This document shows, one piece after another, positions 56,622 through 64,000 of a DNA stretch of 64,000 nucleotides. The stretch lies in the NCBI GenBank assembly GCA_964461115.1, contig CAYWSX010000006.1, forward strand, positions 60,892-124,891, read 5' to 3'. Source of the stretch: an uncultured Muribaculaceae bacterium. Its GTDB lineage: Bacteria > Cyanobacteriota > Vampirovibrionia > Gastranaerophilales > Gastranaerophilaceae. The translations under genes were made by a program, and so were the position numbers. Each line of letters begins with the position of its first letter. Position 1 is the stretch's first letter. Under the pieces are notes generated by a model, which was not told the origin of the DNA, searched no databases, and was given only the letters and a program-made list of their open reading frames with translations.

Positions 56622-56782
56622 AAAACACTCCTTATGTTTTTTAGAACAAATCCAAATAAATTTTGTGTTTTTATTATATCACAATGAATTTTACATCAAA
56701 ATGTTGATATTGTTTGACTAAGCACCAAAAAATTGATAGCATGTAACATGTGAATATTCTATATCGGGTAATAAAGTAGAAA

Positions 56783-57628
56783 ATGTCTGACAATACTAAA
56801 AAATTTGCTTTTTCTGTGGCTGAAGCGATGATTACAATTTTAATTGTAAGCGTTGCACTTGCTGCAATGGCTCCTATTATGACAAAAAAGAGCCAGAATA
56901 CAGCTTCAGGCAACTCAAAATGGATGTTTACCAGAAACGGTAACGATATTACGCGTGTTACAGGAAACGTCGGTATCGGAAATTCTGTAAGCACTAATCC
57001 TTCTGCCAGACTGGAGATTAGAAATGATACCAGTGACGGTGCTGTAAGAATATACAGGGGAAATACAATGGTAGTCCAAGTTGGCGCAAGCGGAGATATA
57101 TATGTAAATGATAACCGCACTTCAGGCAATGATTCAATTGCCACGGCTCAAAACGGTACTTGGCGCAACGCATTAAGAAGAGATGGCGGGCTTTATGTCA
57201 ACGCCGCAACCAGAACCCAGCGTGCACTCAGTATTAATTCACCGAATGGCGAAACAGCTTGGGTTAATGCAGATGGAAGTTCTTCATTCGGAGTTCCGTC
57301 AGGTATGGTTGCTTTTTTTGCCAGAGCGGCAGGCTGCCCTACGGGGTGGACAAATTTGACCGAGTGGGGCTGGGGCGGATTGTATTTCAGGGTAGCTGAT
57401 GGAGCCAATCCATATAATGTTTATCAAGATTCACAAAATAAATGGCATTCTCACCAATTCCGTAACCAGATGACATGGGATAATATGAATTACAGAAACC
57501 AGACAATAGGGCGCGGTGATAACGGAGATTTGCTGGGACCTTACTATAACGAAGCTGCAATCTTACCCGAAGGCGGCAACGAGGCTCGTCCACGAACCGT
57601 TCCTTTGTACGGGTGTGTTAGAAACTAA
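56783..57628 (+). CDS. Type IV prepilin-like N-terminus plus tail-fibre/tail-collar-like body, paralog 4 (short leader, no G-tract)
   Basis: MSDNTKKFA|FSVAEAMITILIVSVALAAMAP. GNVGIGNSVSTNPSARLEI. PSGMVAFFARAAGCPTGWT...WGG. C-terminal RPRTVPLYGCVRN. Confidence 0.8.
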   Translation: MSDNTKKFAFSVAEAMITILIVSVALAAMAPIMTKKSQNTASGNSKWMFTRNGNDITRVTGNVGIGNSVSTNPSARLEIRNDTSDGAVRIYRGNTMVVQVGASGDIYVNDNRTSGNDSIATAQNGTWRNALRRDGGLYVNAATRTQRALSINSPNGETAWVNADGSSSFGVPSGMVAFFARAAGCPTGWTNLTEWGWGGLYFRVADGANPYNVYQDSQNKWHSHQFRNQMTWDNMNYRNQTIGRGDNGDLLGPYYNEAAILPEGGNEARPRTVPLYGCVRN

Positions 57629-57638
57629 AACTAATATC

Positions 57639-57667
57639 TTGCACCTTATTCATAAATTTGTTAATAT
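57639..57667 (+). promoter_or_regulatory. Promoter of pilin-like paralog 5
   Basis: TTGCAC (57639-57644), 17 nt, TAATAT (57662-57667), followed by the conserved ATGGAGAAGT(A/G)TGGAAAATGGCT leader. Confidence 0.5.
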
Positions 57668-57726
57668 ATGAAAATAGAAAATTTTATTTCATGGAGAAGT
57701 ATGGAAAATGGCTAGATTATTGACTT

Positions 57727-58416
57727 ATGCAGGGGGGGGGGCGAATCCTAAGGGATAAGAGTGATGAAAAATTCACTTTTTCCGGAAATTTGAATGGAGG
57801 CAGCTTCAATTTTAATTTCTTTTGCTCTAAAAAAGCTTTTTCTATCGCTGAAGCGATGATTACTTTGCTGATTGTAAGTATGGCGCTTGCTGCAATGGCT
57901 CCGATGGTTTCTAAACAAGTTAAAGGTGTCAATAATTCGATTGATAAAGATGCGTTAAAAAACGAAATAATAAAAGAGCTTCAGAAAGATTTGGTTCCCA
58001 AAGGGTCTGTTATGTTTGTTTCTAAAATTGAGGAATATAAGGGCAATAACGCTTGTCCTCAGGGCTGGCGTAATGCAGGTTCCGCATGGGATGGACGATA
58101 TCCGCGCATGACGACCGATTTCAATGCAATAGGGGTATTGGCTGATGAGTCTTTGCCAAATATTACAGGCTGGCTGCATGATTGGACAAATAATTTTATG
58201 GTAACACATGCCAACGGCGCTTATGTAGTAGGGGCTTCTGATCAAAATGAGCGGACTGCGGATGTTCAAGGTTCGCAAGACCCTTATGCCAACAATCATG
58301 GGCAGATTAGCGGAATTTTGCAGTTTGATGCTTCAAAATCGAATCCTATTTATGGGCGTTCAGGTAATGAGGTTCTTCCCAAAACAGTCCATTTAGCTGC
58401 ATGTGTGAAAAACTAG
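57727..58416 (+). CDS. Type IV prepilin-like plus tail-collar-like protein, paralog 5. Phase-variable; the conserved ATG at 57708 is out of frame as assembled
   Basis: ...CSKKA|FSIAEAMITLLIVSMALAAMAP. NACPQGWRNAGSAWDGRYPR. C-terminal LPKTVHLAACVKN. ORF opens at ATG 57727, 2 nt before the G-run. Confidence 0.75.
   Translation: MQGGGRILRDKSDEKFTFSGNLNGGSFNFNFFCSKKAFSIAEAMITLLIVSMALAAMAPMVSKQVKGVNNSIDKDALKNEIIKELQKDLVPKGSVMFVSKIEEYKGNNACPQGWRNAGSAWDGRYPRMTTDFNAIGVLADESLPNITGWLHDWTNNFMVTHANGAYVVGASDQNERTADVQGSQDPYANNHGQISGILQFDASKSNPIYGRSGNEVLPKTVHLAACVKN
57732..57741 (+). repeat. G10 homopolymeric tract (putative phase-variation switch)
   Basis: Counted directly. ATG 57708 + 24 nt + G10 runs into TAA at 57756-57758. 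G9 or G12 restores the frame. Confidence 0.9.
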
Positions 58417-59207
58417 TGTAACTGTTCCCTTTGATAAGCCCATGCAGAGTGGTTATGAATGCTTTCGAAGGCTTCGCATTCAACTTCAAAATATTTTATA
58501 ATTTTATTTTCTTTTAACTTTAAAATTACGTCGCGAATTACATCTTCAACGAATTTAGGGTTTTCGTATGCTCTTTCGGTAACAAATTTTTCATCTTCGC
58601 GTTTTAAAATCGGATAAAGTTCGCATGAGCCGCAGCTTTCAGCAAGTTCAATTAAGTCTTCAAGCCAAATATGGTCTTTTTCGTCGTATCCCACGATAAT
58701 TTTAATCATTGCGCGCTGATTGTGCGCACTGTATTTTGAAATTTCTTTTGAACAAGGACAAAGTGTTGTCACGGGTACTTTTACGCCCAGTAGAAATTCG
58801 TAATTATTTTTCTTTAAATTGCCCTCAAAAGAACACTCATAGCCCATTACAGACTCAGATTTACTCACGGGTGCTTGTTTTTTCAAAAAATATTTGAATG
58901 TGAATCTAACGTGAGCACTTTTGGCTTCTAATCTGTCCTGAAAATCTTTCAAAATTCCTTTAATATCAATCCCAAGCAAGTCTTTTGCTCGCCATTCATC
59001 CATTATTTCCATAAATCTCGACATGTGTGTGCCTTTGTAGTCGCGAGGCAATGCCACGCTCATTCTGGCTTTTGCTGAAACAGTCTGGTTGGACTCATTT
59101 TTGCGTTGAATTACAAGCGGAATTTCGACGTCTTTTACGCCTACTTTTTGGATATCAATTCCACGAGTATCTATCAAATTTTGTATGTCTTTTAAAAATT
59201 TACTCAT
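58413..59207 (-). CDS. folE2: GTP cyclohydrolase FolE2/MptA (type IB)
   Basis: KGTHMSRF and CPCSKEIS..SAHNQR motifs. Start set at MSKFLKD (M30 of the track ORF). Confidence 0.9.
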   Translation of the reverse strand: MSKFLKDIQNLIDTRGIDIQKVGVKDVEIPLVIQRKNESNQTVSAKARMSVALPRDYKGTHMSRFMEIMDEWRAKDLLGIDIKGILKDFQDRLEAKSAHVRFTFKYFLKKQAPVSKSESVMGYECSFEGNLKKNNYEFLLGVKVPVTTLCPCSKEISKYSAHNQRAMIKIIVGYDEKDHIWLEDLIELAESCGSCELYPILKREDEKFVTERAYENPKFVEDVIRDVILKLKENKIIKYFEVECEAFESIHNHSAWAYQREQLH

Positions 59208-59532
59208 TGTCCGTTTCTTCTGTTTCTTGCGATTGTGCTTCGAGGTTTTGCAAAAGTTTTTTAGCCGCTTTGCGCTGTATCTCAGGCGGGGCAACTCTCA
59301 ATGTTTCCATAGCTTTAATTAAGATAGGATCGTTGTCATACCAGCGGTTACCCTTGTTATGGAATTCGGTGACCATCTCATAAACTTTTTCTATGACATC
59401 TTTAGCGATTTCCTCTTGAAGTTTTATGATAAAATCAGTCGCGCCTGCTTGCTTGTCAGCGGGCTGCAATTGTAAAAGCTCAAGTGCTTCTTTTAATACA
59501 GGGTCTTTGTCGTACCAGCGTTGATTTGCCAT
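59200..59532 (-). CDS. Small hypothetical protein with tandem (N)RWYD(K/N)DP repeat
   Basis: NQRWYDKDPVLKEALELLQLQP and GNRWYDNDPILIKAMETLRVAP. AAGGAAAG RBS. Overlaps the folE2 start by 8 nt. Confidence 0.65.
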   Translation of the reverse strand: MANQRWYDKDPVLKEALELLQLQPADKQAGATDFIIKLQEEIAKDVIEKVYEMVTEFHNKGNRWYDNDPILIKAMETLRVAPPEIQRKAAKKLLQNLEAQSQETEETDNE

Positions 59533-59542
59533 TTTTCTTTCC

Positions 59543-60163
59543 TTATATTTTTTCGTCAATAATTTTTTTAACCTGCGCAAAAACTTCTTCAATCGAAAGG
59601 TTTGCGTCGATAACGCTTACTCTTTGAGGCTCTTGCTTTGCGATTTCAAGGTAGCCGCTTCTTACTCTTTCGTGAAAAGCTTTTCCTGCGCTTTCCATGC
59701 GGTCTTTTTCAGCTCCGACGCGAGTTTGCGCAACCTCTGCCGAAACATCGAAAATGAAAGTCAAATCAGGCTTAATGCCTTGCGTAGCAATGTTGTTGAG
59801 GTAATTAATTCGCTCAATATCTTCTCCGCGCCCGTATCCTTGATATGCAACAGACGAGTCCGTGTGACGGTCGCATAAAACGATTTGACCTGTTTCAATT
59901 GCCGGTTTTACCAATTTTGCAACGTGCTGTGCGCGATCTGCCAGAAACAAAAAAGCCTCCGCGGTTGGTGCGATGTCTGCGTCATAATGAAGAATAAGCT
60001 CTCTGAGCTTTTGCCCGAGACCGATTGAGCCGGGTTCGCGAGTAACAATAGTATTTTCACCTTTTTCTTCAAGATATTTTGCAAGCAGATTAAGCTGTGT
60101 TGTCTTTCCGCAGCCGTCTCCACCTTCAAACGTTATAAAAAGTCCCTTTGTTGTGTTTTCCAT
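59543..60163 (-). CDS. tmk: Thymidylate kinase
   Basis: FITFEGGDGCGKTTQ P-loop and DRH..S motif. Confidence 0.95.
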   Translation of the reverse strand: MENTTKGLFITFEGGDGCGKTTQLNLLAKYLEEKGENTIVTREPGSIGLGQKLRELILHYDADIAPTAEAFLFLADRAQHVAKLVKPAIETGQIVLCDRHTDSSVAYQGYGRGEDIERINYLNNIATQGIKPDLTFIFDVSAEVAQTRVGAEKDRMESAGKAFHERVRSGYLEIAKQEPQRVSVIDANLSIEEVFAQVKKIIDEKI

Positions 60164-61428
60164 TAAATTCTGTCAACTCCCATGTATGGTCTTAAAACTT
60201 CAGGGATAAGGATAGAGCCGTCTTCTTGCTGGAAGTTTTCAACGATTGCCGCAAAAGTTCTACCGACTGCAAGCCCCGAACCGTTTAACGTGTGCACATA
60301 TTCAGGCTTACCGGTTTCTTTGCTGCGGTATTTAATGTTTGCGCGGCGCGCTTGGTAATCGCCAAAGTTAGAACAGCTCGAAATTTCTTTATAGTCGTTG
60401 TATGAAGGCATCCAAACTTCAAGGTCATAGCATTTATTAGCCGAAAACCCGATATCGCCTGTGCAGAGCGCAACACGGCGGTAAGGAAGTCCCAAGAGTT
60501 CGAGAACTTTTTCTGCATTTTCAGTAAGTTTTTCATGTTCGTCTTTTGAATTTTCAGGGGTGCAGAGTTTTACAAGTTCAACTTTGTTGAATTGGTGCAC
60601 TCTGATAAGTCCGCGAGTGTCTTTGCCCGCAGAACCGGCTTCACGTCTAAAGCACGGAGTGTATGCTGTCATATATTTCGGCAAATCATCTTCAGTAAGA
60701 ATTTCGCCCGCATAAATGTTAGTTACAGGTACTTCCGCAGTCGGAATCAGGTACAAATCTTCTTCTTCGCATTTATACATGTCTTCTTTAAACTTAGGCA
60801 GCTGACCTGTTCCGCGCATAGCGTCCGAGTTTACAAGAACAGGCGGAAGAATCTCTTCGTAGCCGTGCTCTGTTGTGTGAAGGTTCAAAAAGAAGTTTAT
60901 AATCGCACGTTCAAGCCTTGCGCCCATCCCACGATAGAGAGTAAATCTTGATTGAGCAAGCTTTACGCCGCGTTCAAAATCTACGAGGTTCTTTTCTGTG
61001 CAAATGTCCCAGTGCGCTTTAAGTTCAAAATTCGCTTTTGTCGGTTCGCCCACGGTTTTTATAATTACGTTGTTCTCTTCTGAAAGCCCGACAGGAGTTG
61101 TTTCGTCAGGTGTATTCGGGATATGAAGCAGAAGATTTGTCTGCGATTCATTCAGTGCCGCTTCTTTTTCTTCAAGAGTTTTGATATCTTCGCCGAGTTT
61201 TCGAACTTCTTCTTGAATAGCGTCAGTGTTTTCACCATTTTTCTTCATCATTCCGATTTTTTGAGAATCATTTTTTCTTTTTGCTCTCAACTCATCAGCT
61301 TCAAACTGGATTTTTCTTCTATCCGCGTCTATTTTTAAAACCTCGTCAATTGACAGGTCGGGGTTGCGTCTTTTTAAAAGCTCGTTAACCTTTTCGGGAT
61401 TTTCCCTAATGATTTTTATATCAAGCAT
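60163..61428 (-). CDS. serS: Seryl-tRNA synthetase
   Basis: N-terminal coiled-coil arm and class II motifs (FRREAGS..., GSGLAVGRT). Confidence 0.97.
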   Translation of the reverse strand: MLDIKIIRENPEKVNELLKRRNPDLSIDEVLKIDADRRKIQFEADELRAKRKNDSQKIGMMKKNGENTDAIQEEVRKLGEDIKTLEEKEAALNESQTNLLLHIPNTPDETTPVGLSEENNVIIKTVGEPTKANFELKAHWDICTEKNLVDFERGVKLAQSRFTLYRGMGARLERAIINFFLNLHTTEHGYEEILPPVLVNSDAMRGTGQLPKFKEDMYKCEEEDLYLIPTAEVPVTNIYAGEILTEDDLPKYMTAYTPCFRREAGSAGKDTRGLIRVHQFNKVELVKLCTPENSKDEHEKLTENAEKVLELLGLPYRRVALCTGDIGFSANKCYDLEVWMPSYNDYKEISSCSNFGDYQARRANIKYRSKETGKPEYVHTLNGSGLAVGRTFAAIVENFQQEDGSILIPEVLRPYMGVDRI

Positions 61429-61511
61429 ATCTCGCCTCTTTTCCTACTGATAAACCAATCATACAACAAGTATATGATTGGTTCAACAGAGAAAAATGAC
61501 TATATTGTAAT

Positions 61512-62045
61512 TTAGTTTCCAAGGTGTAAATTGGTTGCGCCTAATTTGTCAATTAAAAATTCTTCTGAAAATGTTGTTAATTCTCTTTCTGAAGGATTTT
61601 TAGCTAAGCGATTTGTAGGAATTGCGTTGCTTTCCACCATATCCGTAAAAAATCCTATTGGTTTTTGTGGCTGTTCGCCTCTTTTTGTATATAAAAGTGT
61701 ATGGTGTTGACCGCAATTTATATCGAATGGGTTCTTGTGGTAGTGTTTCACGGTTCTCTCAACATTTTGGCCGTTAAATTTGAAATAAGTTCTTATTTCA
61801 CTATAGTATCTATCTGGTCTGAGTAAAAAATCGAATACCCTATTCAGAGCCCCTTTTCGGTTGACTTTCATCCATTTGCCAACGACTTTTACGTACCTGT
61901 CATCCTCTTTGGCATAGGTTACCGTCGATCCGTTTGATAGCGTTTTGCTTTGCCCAACCTTTTTTGCTAATCGTTTCATTGTCCTATTTGTTCCAATAGT
62001 TTCAAGGTTATTAGCAGCAGCTTCTAAAATTCTATTAACTCTCAT
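61512..62045 (-). CDS. Hypothetical protein
   Basis: 177-aa ORF preceded by an AAAGGAGG RBS. No domain recognised. Confidence 0.6.
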   Translation of the reverse strand: MRVNRILEAAANNLETIGTNRTMKRLAKKVGQSKTLSNGSTVTYAKEDDRYVKVVGKWMKVNRKGALNRVFDFLLRPDRYYSEIRTYFKFNGQNVERTVKHYHKNPFDINCGQHHTLLYTKRGEQPQKPIGFFTDMVESNAIPTNRLAKNPSERELTTFSEEFLIDKLGATNLHLGN

Positions 62046-62152
62046 TTTTCCTCCTTTTGGTGTTGGCCGGTCTGATTGTGAAAAAGCCCCTAAAAAAACA
62101 ATTTGATAGCAGAATAAGGTTGAATTTACAAAAATTAATACAATGTTGAAAA

Positions 62153-63799
62153 TTATCTTTCAATTTTTTTAATTTTACGTTTCAGATATTTTTTGGCGGT
62201 TTCTACAGCTTCAATTTCGTCCAAAAATATATGGTGATGTCCGATTTGCGTTTCGATGCCGTGGTCTTGAAGCTGTTTTTGGATTTCTTCGTTTTTTATG
62301 ACGATAAAAAGTTTAATTTTTTGTGATTTAAGTCGGACGATAATATCTTCGAGAGCGAAAATTGCTGAAATGTCCAGTCTGGCATTTGATTCGTAATTTA
62401 AAATCAAATATTTTGTACCCAATAATTCGTCGAACTTAGACACAACTTGAGTTGCTGACCCAAAGAAAAACTGCCCGTCAATGTGTACAACACGGATTTT
62501 GTAACGGTAATCTTTGACCAAATTTCTTTCTAATTCTTGAATTTCAGGATCGTCAACCTCTTTGACTTCAACACTTGTTTGGGCTGCGATACGTTTTGCG
62601 TACAAAAGGGCTGCAAGAACAATACCTACACCGATTGCGAAGATTAAATCGTGGAAAACCGTAAGTAAAAATACTGCGATGACCACAATCAAGTCGTCTT
62701 TCGGTGCATATTTTATAACCTTGATAAATTTTGTATCGATAATATCGTAGCCGATTTTTATCAAAATCCCCGCCAAGACTGCGAGGGGGATTTTTTCGGC
62801 ATAAACAGAAAGGTGAAAAATAATTGCAAGGAGTACACCTGCGTGTACAAATGCTGCAAATCTTGTTGTAGCGCCGGTTTTAACCGCTGCGGCGCTTCGC
62901 ATGGTCGCTCCTGAGCCGATATTTGCGCCGAATAATCCGCAAATCATATTGCCGACCCCATGCGCCATTATTACGCGTTTTGTGTTGTGCTTGTCCCGCA
63001 GTAAAGAGTCTAAAACAAGTGTAGTTAAGAGTGTTTCGACAGAACAAATAATTGCAAGAATTATCGCGCTTGGCGAAATTTTAACAAACTCGATTATCGA
63101 AAGAGAAGGCATTGAAATTTGCGGCAGTTGCATGTGGATTGCACCTATTCTTTCAACCGGAAGGTGCATTGCGACGGATATCCAAGTGGCAAATACCAAA
63201 GCAAGAAGTTGTGACGGAATTACCCTGTTTATCGCTTTCGGAGTGTAAAAAATTATTGCCAAAGTCAAAACAGACAGTGCGATTGATTCGGGTAAAACGC
63301 TTGATAGCAGCTGCGGCAGGCTTTGGATGGTCATCAGTGGTGAGGCAAACATTTTGTGTCCCAACACAGGAGCTATCTGTAAAATAATCAGTATTGTTCC
63401 GACGCCGTTCATAAACCCTGAAATGACAGGGTATGGAACGAATTTAACCAACTCTGATGATTTTGTTAAAGACAAAATAAGCTGAAATAAGCCTGTGAGA
63501 AAAAGTACAGCAAGTATCAGTTCAGGCTTGCCTGCATGAAGCGCGGCTACCGAGGCGAGAACAATCGTGGTAGGGCCTGTTGGACCTGAAATTAGCGGGA
63601 ATCTACAACCCAGAATCCCCACAGTCAACGATAGAATTATTGCGCCCCAAATACCGGCTGAAGCGCCTAAGCCTGTTGCTACGCCAAATGCAAGCGCCTG
63701 CGGCAGGGCTATTATTGCAGCTATAATTCCGCCCAGGATGTCGCCTTTCGTCGTATTTAAAAAGTTTTTTATTTGTGGTTTACTAATCGTGTTGAGCAT
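62153..63799 (-). CDS. SulP-family anion transporter with C-terminal STAS domain
   Basis: Polytopic N-terminal domain with SulP-like motifs. STAS-like C-terminus (IRVVHIDGQFFFGSA...). Confidence 0.88.
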   Translation of the reverse strand: MLNTISKPQIKNFLNTTKGDILGGIIAAIIALPQALAFGVATGLGASAGIWGAIILSLTVGILGCRFPLISGPTGPTTIVLASVAALHAGKPELILAVLFLTGLFQLILSLTKSSELVKFVPYPVISGFMNGVGTILIILQIAPVLGHKMFASPLMTIQSLPQLLSSVLPESIALSVLTLAIIFYTPKAINRVIPSQLLALVFATWISVAMHLPVERIGAIHMQLPQISMPSLSIIEFVKISPSAIILAIICSVETLLTTLVLDSLLRDKHNTKRVIMAHGVGNMICGLFGANIGSGATMRSAAAVKTGATTRFAAFVHAGVLLAIIFHLSVYAEKIPLAVLAGILIKIGYDIIDTKFIKVIKYAPKDDLIVVIAVFLLTVFHDLIFAIGVGIVLAALLYAKRIAAQTSVEVKEVDDPEIQELERNLVKDYRYKIRVVHIDGQFFFGSATQVVSKFDELLGTKYLILNYESNARLDISAIFALEDIIVRLKSQKIKLFIVIKNEEIQKQLQDHGIETQIGHHHIFLDEIEAVETAKKYLKRKIKKIER

Positions 63800-63820
63800 A
63801 AATTAATAATATCATATAAA

Positions 63821-64000
63821 ATGAACATTTTTGTAACAGGAACAGACACTGACATAGGAAAAACATTTATTACTGCGGGTTTGGCCGCATTAATGCAATC
63901 CTTGGGATACAAAACAGGGGTTTTCAAACCTTTTCAAAGCGGTGCTGAAGAAAAAAACGGTTTTCTTATTGCGCCGGATATTGCTTATGTCAAAAAAGTC
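63821..64000 (+). CDS. bioD: Dethiobiotin synthase, N-terminal fragment (runs off the window)
   Basis: MNIFVTGTDTDIGKTFITAGL P-loop typical of BioD. Confidence 0.8.
   Translation, partial: MNIFVTGTDTDIGKTFITAGLAALMQSLGYKTGVFKPFQSGAEEKNGFLIAPDIAYVKKV

Overview
AT-rich (judged by eye, not computed), densely coded bacterial chromosomal segment with about 60 CDS on both strands. I recognised no rRNA, tRNA, CRISPR array, transposase or integrase. Most genes are housekeeping: rplU-rpmA, dnaK, dgt-dnaG-rpoD, class II ribonucleotide reductase, a hisA-like/hisIE fusion plus hisD, serS-tmk-folE2, addAB, murQ, an lptF/G-type permease, pit plus DUF47, a SulP transporter and a partial bioD. A Ycf23/DUF561 homolog, an SLH-domain envelope protein, LptF/G and a flavodiiron protein suggest a diderm anaerobe related to Cyanobacteriota (non-photosynthetic Melainabacteria/Vampirovibrionia-like); this is inference only. 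Accessory content includes a metal islet: arsR-arsP, crp/fnr, ogt, a secreted Cys-rich metallothionein-like gene behind a CsoR-type operator, csoR, and an EncFtn-like ferritin. There is also a MarR/HlyD/OMF module without a pump, a TadE/TadG-like plus matrixin operon, and several lineage-specific hypotheticals. The most striking signal is five paralogous genes at three loci (11.1 kb, 17.1-18.9 kb, 56.8-58.4 kb). They encode type IV prepilin-like N-termini fused to bodies with phage tail-fibre and tail-collar-like motifs. Three of them carry a G10 homopolymer at the same codon position of a conserved long leader, behind a conserved promoter/5' cassette. As assembled, one copy is in frame with the conserved ATG and two are not, which is the signature of slipped-strand phase variation of a surface adhesin family.
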